The position numbers were made by a program, and so were the translations under genes. Shown here in pieces: positions 58,974 through 64,000 of a stretch of DNA of 64,000 bases. The DNA comes from a virus (lineage: Duplodnaviria > Caudoviricetes), in the IMG/VR virus record IMGVR_UViG_3300025267_000006, positions 32,001 to 96,000 of that record. The stretch is one strand, 5' to 3'. The notes below the pieces were generated by a model that saw only the letters and a list, made by a program, of their open reading frames with translations, did no database searches and had not been told where the DNA came from. The stretch's first letter is position 1. Each line of letters opens with the position of its first letter.

Positions 58974-60002
58974 TTAAAAATCTTCAAGGACTTCAGTATC
59001 AGTATTGCCCATTGTTGAGAACGGATCGGTCCCCGTATCAGATTCCTCCGACTCATCTGGCTGTTTAATTTCCTCTGAAACATCAGGCAGAGAGTCTGAA
59101 ATCTTATCCATCGCTTCCTGGTGTGCCTCTTTGTCTTCCACCGTAAAGGCTACTAAATCTAGCCCCTGGATCTGACCAGAGGCTATCCTGTCTAAACGAG
59201 GCAGATCTTTGATAGCCTCTTGTACACGTTCCTTGCCGAGTTTAGGAACCTCAATATCGCTTGGGAACACAGGATAGTTAATAAACCCCCGCCCACTTGA
59301 ATCCTGTTGCTTGTGGAACTCGTAGACTTTGGTAGTTATATCTCCATACCTCTCGGCATGAGTACGTAGACTCTCCCTTGTAGGACGGGCGATTTTCAAC
59401 AATTGCGGCTTCATGACAGTCTCTCTGTAATATGTTTTACTGCCCACCTGCATCTCGTCCCAAACATCCACTTCCCCCGATTCTCTGCGAGAGACTGCCC
59501 ATGGAGCGTTATAATCTGAACTATTCTCATCTACGGCTGGATTCTGAGAGAGATGGAAGGAATAGTAGTGCAGAACCCAATAGTGATACCGCTGTTTCAC
59601 CGCAGAGTTAAATCCGTCAGGAGTACCATTACTATTCCTAGATGGTTTTCCATCCACATAACAAGGCGGCTCATCATACCCAAGTAGCTGGCAGCGACAT
59701 TTACTGGGTTCAATCACATGACCCGTGGAGTCCTGGTTCAGATCCCCGCAGTACAGATAATCCGTGAACCGCTTACCTGCAGCACTCTGACCAGCGTGGT
59801 ACATATAAAATGATTCATCTGCCAGTATATTTTTAGGTGTATCGCCCCCCTTTGGGTTTCCAAATGGGGAAATAAATCTAATGACCGCAAATTCCCCTAC
59901 ATTTCTGGGGCGCACCTCATGCATCCACATCTGATTAGCACTCGAACCGCCGCCGCCTCTTGAAGTAGATCCTCTTTTTTCAAACTCATCCATCAATGGC
60001 AT
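58974..60002 (-). CDS. putative single-stranded DNA-binding protein (gp32-like)
   Basis: IRF, H...C...C.C metal site, acidic tail ending in EDF, position in the replication operon. Confidence 0.6.
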   Translation of the reverse strand: MPLMDEFEKRGSTSRGGGGSSANQMWMHEVRPRNVGEFAVIRFISPFGNPKGGDTPKNILADESFYMYHAGQSAAGKRFTDYLYCGDLNQDSTGHVIEPSKCRCQLLGYDEPPCYVDGKPSRNSNGTPDGFNSAVKQRYHYWVLHYYSFHLSQNPAVDENSSDYNAPWAVSRRESGEVDVWDEMQVGSKTYYRETVMKPQLLKIARPTRESLRTHAERYGDITTKVYEFHKQQDSSGRGFINYPVFPSDIEVPKLGKERVQEAIKDLPRLDRIASGQIQGLDLVAFTVEDKEAHQEAMDKISDSLPDVSEEIKQPDESEESDTGTDPFSTMGNTDTEVLEDF

Positions 60003-60004
60003 TT

Positions 60005-60925
60005 TTAGCTCCTTATTATGTATTCCAGATCTCTGTTTATTGCTTTTAATTCGTATGGACTTATGATTTTTAAATTACTTAAATCAACCGCATCTCCAAA
60101 ATCTTTTGCCTGTCCCGGAGCGGTTGTGTAGTCAACAGAAAACCCATATTTACCTACTAATTTTTTAGTATTTGTTTCGGTGATACGCACACCCGAATCA
60201 TCCTTGTCCACACATAGGACTATGTGACTCCCTAACTCTCCCAGCAACCTACACTGATTGTCAGAAATCACTCCACCCAGAGTGCAGACCGTATTTCTAA
60301 GCCCTAATTGGTGGGCCTTAATAGCATCAAACGGTCCCTCACAAACGTACACCGTGCTACTGTTAGGTTCAAACAAATCAAACGGATAGATGAGTATGTC
60401 CCTTGGCAGACTATTGGAATTTAGGTATTTGGGATTAGAGCTTATATTGCGACGAATATAACCAATCAACTCTCCTCTCATACAAATCGGTATAACAATA
60501 CAGTCATCATCGGCATGATATCGGAGGTCAAACCTACGAACAGTCTCATCCGTAATTCCTCGTCCCATCAAATACTCGTTTTTCTCTGCTAACGGCAACG
60601 ACATCACATCGTAACCGTCATCGGACTCAATATCAGCATCATGATCAAAATCAATTACTGGCATGAAATTAGATATGTCGGCTGCAAACAGCGTTAGATA
60701 CTTATTCGCCACCACTCCAGTTTCATCCAACTTCTCAAACAGGCTAAGAAGCCCCCCAGACCCCTTCACGCAACCCGAAAAACAGTGGAACATGCCCTTG
60801 ACATGATTTATAGCTAGAGACGCATTCTGATCATCATGCCAGGGGCAATAGGCCAGAACCTCATCTCCAGTTGACTTAGCAACTTTCAATTGAGCTATTT
60901 GTGAGAGAAATTCACGTATTGTCAT
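60005..60925 (-). CDS. DNA primase (CHC2 Zn finger + TOPRIM)
   Basis: CPWHDD...HCFSGC, PKYLNS, CEGPFD, DKD. Confidence 0.88.
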   Translation of the reverse strand: MTIREFLSQIAQLKVAKSTGDEVLAYCPWHDDQNASLAINHVKGMFHCFSGCVKGSGGLLSLFEKLDETGVVANKYLTLFAADISNFMPVIDFDHDADIESDDGYDVMSLPLAEKNEYLMGRGITDETVRRFDLRYHADDDCIVIPICMRGELIGYIRRNISSNPKYLNSNSLPRDILIYPFDLFEPNSSTVYVCEGPFDAIKAHQLGLRNTVCTLGGVISDNQCRLLGELGSHIVLCVDKDDSGVRITETNTKKLVGKYGFSVDYTTAPGQAKDFGDAVDLSNLKIISPYELKAINRDLEYIIRS

Positions 60926-61083
60926 TCTGCACCCGTCCCAAAACTGCCAATATCAAAAGAGACACACTTAGTGTTAACACACTAAAAAAGAATGTCCCTG
61001 CAATTATCCCCAAATAAATATTTTCCTCCCCCGCTATCCAAAATGACCCCCAAACAATAAAACCAACTATAGATAAATAAAGA

Positions 61084-62379
61084 CTACCACTCAGAACTAT
61101 CAATAAGATTCGGAGGAGCACTTGAAACTGTACGCCCAATGTCGCCTTGATCGGGTACAAAGGTGATCTCAAAGCTGTCATTAAAGCTCGGCCCAGACCG
61201 GGCAAGTGGAACATTAATTTTGCGAGTTGTGTCCTCAAGCGATCTAGCCCCAACTCCAAAGAGAATGTCAACAGTCCGGGCAAAATCGAAACCGTATGCG
61301 GTATCTGTAGGCGGGGGCGGTTCTCCATCATTGTCCTGACTTTTTTGAGCACCATGTCTATTAATTTGATTTGTCGCATATACGAGTACATTATGTTTCA
61401 CCGCCAGAGATTTTAAACTTATTGAAATGCTTCTAATTTGTTCCCACGCAGCAGTTAACTTCTCATCAGATCGCAATAGATATATACCGTCTACAATTAC
61501 AACATCAGGCGATTCTTGAGTGATAACCGTGTCCAACTCTGACGGAGATGGCTTCAGGTTGAAAACTTGGTCGTATTGTATCCATCGGTCTTCTTTGTTT
61601 GCCGAAATAGACTCTAGATAAGATTTATACTCATCACCAATCGAAGGATCACCCCTCTGTATAGCTTGATACGACAGTGTATATCCAAATAACGTAGACA
61701 AAATTACATCTGAGCGTATGCCCATTTCCAAAGCCGATAATTCGGGGCTAATAAGTAGAACTTTATGCCCCTCTTCAAATGCTTGGGAAGCACATTTCCA
61801 CGCTATCCAGGATTTACCAATCTTAGTGTCAGCTTGAATGCCAACTAATTGCTGTTTCTGTAGCCAGATGTTGTTCTCATCTAGCGGTTGTATTCCAGTT
61901 TTTATCCGATTCACCGTTTCATCATCCCTTCTAGCCAAGTACGACTGCCATCGACTCTCAGTAGTACGTTCAAGAGAGGATCTATGGGTGGTATCTGGCT
62001 TTGCTATTCGCTCCAAAGTCTTTGAGAGCAGCATCACGCCGTCATTAGGAGACTCTTGGAGCCATTTTTGGGCAGTTGCAATTGCCATGTATGCTTTTTG
62101 ACGAGTATTTATCGTGGCATATTGCTGTGCAATGTAGTCGAAATTATCTATGGGGGCGGGGTCAAACGGCGTAGCCGTATTCGCAAAAGTCGAGGAGATT
62201 AGCGTGGGAGTGGGAGCAGAACCCTGATCAATTATGTAATCAAAAATAAATTTTGCTGGTTCTTGGAAATAGAAAAACGATTCAGACGTAATACCATACT
62301 TTTGCTGAAGAGAGTAGAGGTGGGTAGGGGTCTGAATCGAAGAGAGTAGTATCTTCTCAGCCTGAGATGGCTCTAGCAT
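61084..62379 (-). CDS. DnaB-like (SF4) replicative helicase
   Basis: ADTKIGKS, SPE, IVDG, LKSLA, NQINR. Confidence 0.85.
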   Translation of the reverse strand: MLEPSQAEKILLSSIQTPTHLYSLQQKYGITSESFFYFQEPAKFIFDYIIDQGSAPTPTLISSTFANTATPFDPAPIDNFDYIAQQYATINTRQKAYMAIATAQKWLQESPNDGVMLLSKTLERIAKPDTTHRSSLERTTESRWQSYLARRDDETVNRIKTGIQPLDENNIWLQKQQLVGIQADTKIGKSWIAWKCASQAFEEGHKVLLISPELSALEMGIRSDVILSTLFGYTLSYQAIQRGDPSIGDEYKSYLESISANKEDRWIQYDQVFNLKPSPSELDTVITQESPDVVIVDGIYLLRSDEKLTAAWEQIRSISISLKSLAVKHNVLVYATNQINRHGAQKSQDNDGEPPPPTDTAYGFDFARTVDILFGVGARSLEDTTRKINVPLARSGPSFNDSFEITFVPDQGDIGRTVSSAPPNLIDSSEW

Positions 62380-62464
62380 AGTTGCCTTTTCTTTGATTTA
62401 CGGCATAGAAGCACAATTATGTGTTGTGCTCGAATTTGCCTATTTCTAAAGTTTTGTTACGGGC

Positions 62465-62497
62465 ATCATACCTGAAGCTAGATCACGTGTCAAGCAC
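62465..62497 (-). promoter_or_regulatory. promoter GTGC-TTGACA-N17-TATGAT driving the replication operon
   Basis: same family as the + strand early promoters. Confidence 0.85.
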
Positions 62498-62503
62498 CTT
62501 CTT

Positions 62504-62746
62504 TTATCCATTTAGTCGTATAGAATCTGCGGCATCCTTCATTACTGAGATCTTTTTATCCAGCCTGTACTCCAGAATTTTTGCCTTATACAGGGAGTCC
62601 CATAACTCCGTACCCTTCTCAGCGGACTGTGATGCAGAATTAGCCGCCCTCATCTCAATTGGGTACTCTTTGCGACGTACCCTTCGAACCCCACTGACCC
62701 TTTGAGGAAACGTTCTATGCAAGTCCGCCATCGTAATGCCTACCAC
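62504..62746 (-). CDS. small hypothetical protein (likely start MADLH at 62731)
   Basis: overlaps the upstream stop; GAGG RBS. Confidence 0.5.
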   Translation of the reverse strand: MVGITMADLHRTFPQRVSGVRRVRRKEYPIEMRAANSASQSAEKGTELWDSLYKAKILEYRLDKKISVMKDAADSIRLNG

Positions 62747-63998
62747 CTCTAGAAGAGTTAAATACCACTAGATACATAATATTTAGTCCAGATCCATCAG
62801 TCTCATCATACTCAGTGCCATCGGCAGTCTTAGCGGCTATCCTAAAACCTTGGAATACCACCTTGCTATCTACGGTAGCTGTGACCCAGCTATCTACCTC
62901 TGCATAACAACCAGCTTGGGTCGTATGTCTGCTAGTTTCAACCTGTAAAAAGACCATGGGGCGAGATTTCAAATTAGGAAGTATCTTAGATAGAGAAACT
63001 TTTCCATTATTGCCGTTGGTAACCCTAGCAACCCCGGAAACTCCTACAAATAGTTCATGATGTAGGTCAATTGGGAATCTCGTCCCATCTGCCGAAGTAG
63101 AAGTATTGTCATCATCCCCATAGTCGCTGTAGTTAAAAATTCCCCTGTGAGCTACATAAAGACCGTTTCCAAGCTGAGAACCCGCACTATTTGCGGCTTG
63201 ATCGTGAGTTCTGAGATATATGGTCGCTTCTTTATCCTCTGGGTAAAAATGATCCCTTCTAGTCTGCTCTGCTGCATTAGAAGGAACATTTAGATTCTCA
63301 CCCTCAATGTTATCTCCAGACCCAGATCCCTCCTGTGCAGCATCATTAGCATTGCTGCCCCCCGTTATCTGCTCCCTACCCAATAGAGTAATTCCAGCCC
63401 CATCAACCTGTCTAACATTGGTTCCAGTAGCAACAATATCTGGGCGAACCTGGGTAGTATCAATTCTCAATTGAGTTCGATCCGATTTTCCAGCCGCATA
63501 ATCTGAATAAACATTAAAATTCCAACGGTAGTCGTCGGCCTGTTCTCTGGCACCGCCCCCACTGGTAACAACACTACCAAATGTTCCTACAGGGTCATAT
63601 GAAAAACGTCCAACTATCCTAGACGGCCCCTCTGGGAGGAAATCCATGCCATGTTCCACTACAGTATCTAGTGTAGTGAAAGATGCTCTGGCTAATTCTC
63701 TTGTACGTGATGAGAGATCACGTAAAACCTTCTTATCACTTGCTCCCGCTTCTATGACCCTATCTAAATCCCTATAAAGAACCATCTGACACGCCGAAGC
63801 CAATGGATCATATGCTATAGAAGCAAGCAACCAGGATTCGTTATATATACCTTTTATAGGAATCACTATATTTACAAGGTCCCCAACCTGAACCGCCTGG
63901 GGATGACCATTATAGGAATATACAGGCCAACTTTGTGTTGAAACATGACATTCTCTAATAGACTCAATACTCCCTCCAGGGCGAAGAGCATTTAACAG
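62715..63998 (-). CDS. C-terminal part of a probable minor tail/baseplate protein (5' end beyond the window)
   Basis: frame stays open to the window end; VQVGDLVNIVIP...LASIAYD hub-like strand pattern; Gly/Asn/Ser-rich; C-terminal PMVF...GF.I...Y beta domain. Confidence 0.55.
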   Translation of the reverse strand: MLNALRPGGSIESIRECHVSTQSWPVYSYNGHPQAVQVGDLVNIVIPIKGIYNESWLLASIAYDPLASACQMVLYRDLDRVIEAGASDKKVLRDLSSRTRELARASFTTLDTVVEHGMDFLPEGPSRIVGRFSYDPVGTFGSVVTSGGGAREQADDYRWNFNVYSDYAAGKSDRTQLRIDTTQVRPDIVATGTNVRQVDGAGITLLGREQITGGSNANDAAQEGSGSGDNIEGENLNVPSNAAEQTRRDHFYPEDKEATIYLRTHDQAANSAGSQLGNGLYVAHRGIFNYSDYGDDDNTSTSADGTRFPIDLHHELFVGVSGVARVTNGNNGKVSLSKILPNLKSRPMVFLQVETSRHTTQAGCYAEVDSWVTATVDSKVVFQGFRIAAKTADGTEYDETDGSGLNIMYLVVFNSSRGGRHYDGGLA

Positions 63999-64000
63999 CC

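Noticed and set aside
60912-61391. 159-aa ORF overlapping the helicase
   Set aside because: About 300 nt overlap the helicase in another frame; at most the hydrophobic last ~60 codons could be a real small membrane gene, with no clear start
1-64000. Numerous short antisense ORFs in the track, and tRNA genes
   Set aside because: The antisense ORFs shadow longer motif-bearing genes on the opposite strand; no tRNA cloverleaf with a T-loop was recognised by eye (tRNAscan-SE would settle this)

Overview
This window is an internal 64-kb piece of a large tailed dsDNA phage genome. No rRNA, tRNA or CRISPR array was seen. Bases 1-22.9 kb (+ strand) form an early/accessory arm of small genes driven by a family of near-consensus GTGC-TTGACA-N17-TATAAT promoters. 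This arm includes Hsp20, two orphan C5 DNA methyltransferases, a GHKL-ATPase/HExxH fusion, an ART-like protein, a DUF1599-like protein, a SNF2/HARP helicase and a 1.1-kb non-coding region rich in symmetry elements. Bases 22.9-64 kb (- strand) carry the end of a tail gene, a replication/recombination module (DnaB-like helicase, primase, SSB, beta-clamp, PolA, RecA, Cas4-like nuclease, RuvC, class II RNR NrdJ), terminase and portal, flanked by several very large proteins. Two observations stand out. (1) A candidate modular virion-cargo system: two giant ORFs (1768 and 1367 aa) are built as five repeats of a ~60-70-aa leader (amphipathic helix ending E[YH]LxKQ, then VPPEKR..H.GP.GGRF.IIG.E), each placed in front of a different enzyme domain (CCA-adding/HD, two ADP-ribosyltransferase-like domains, GP88-like, topoisomerase IB). 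The same LxK[QS] helix starts neighbouring head-module proteins (a second CCA enzyme, a HipA/PI-kinase-like protein, the portal) and makes up much of an unannotated 55-aa microprotein. (2) An NrdH/glutaredoxin close to nrdJ whose CxxC motif is encoded as TGA-GGT-CCC-TGC followed by a SECIS-like hairpin, i.e. a probable phage-encoded selenoprotein. All function calls come from motif recognition by eye; no database search was run.
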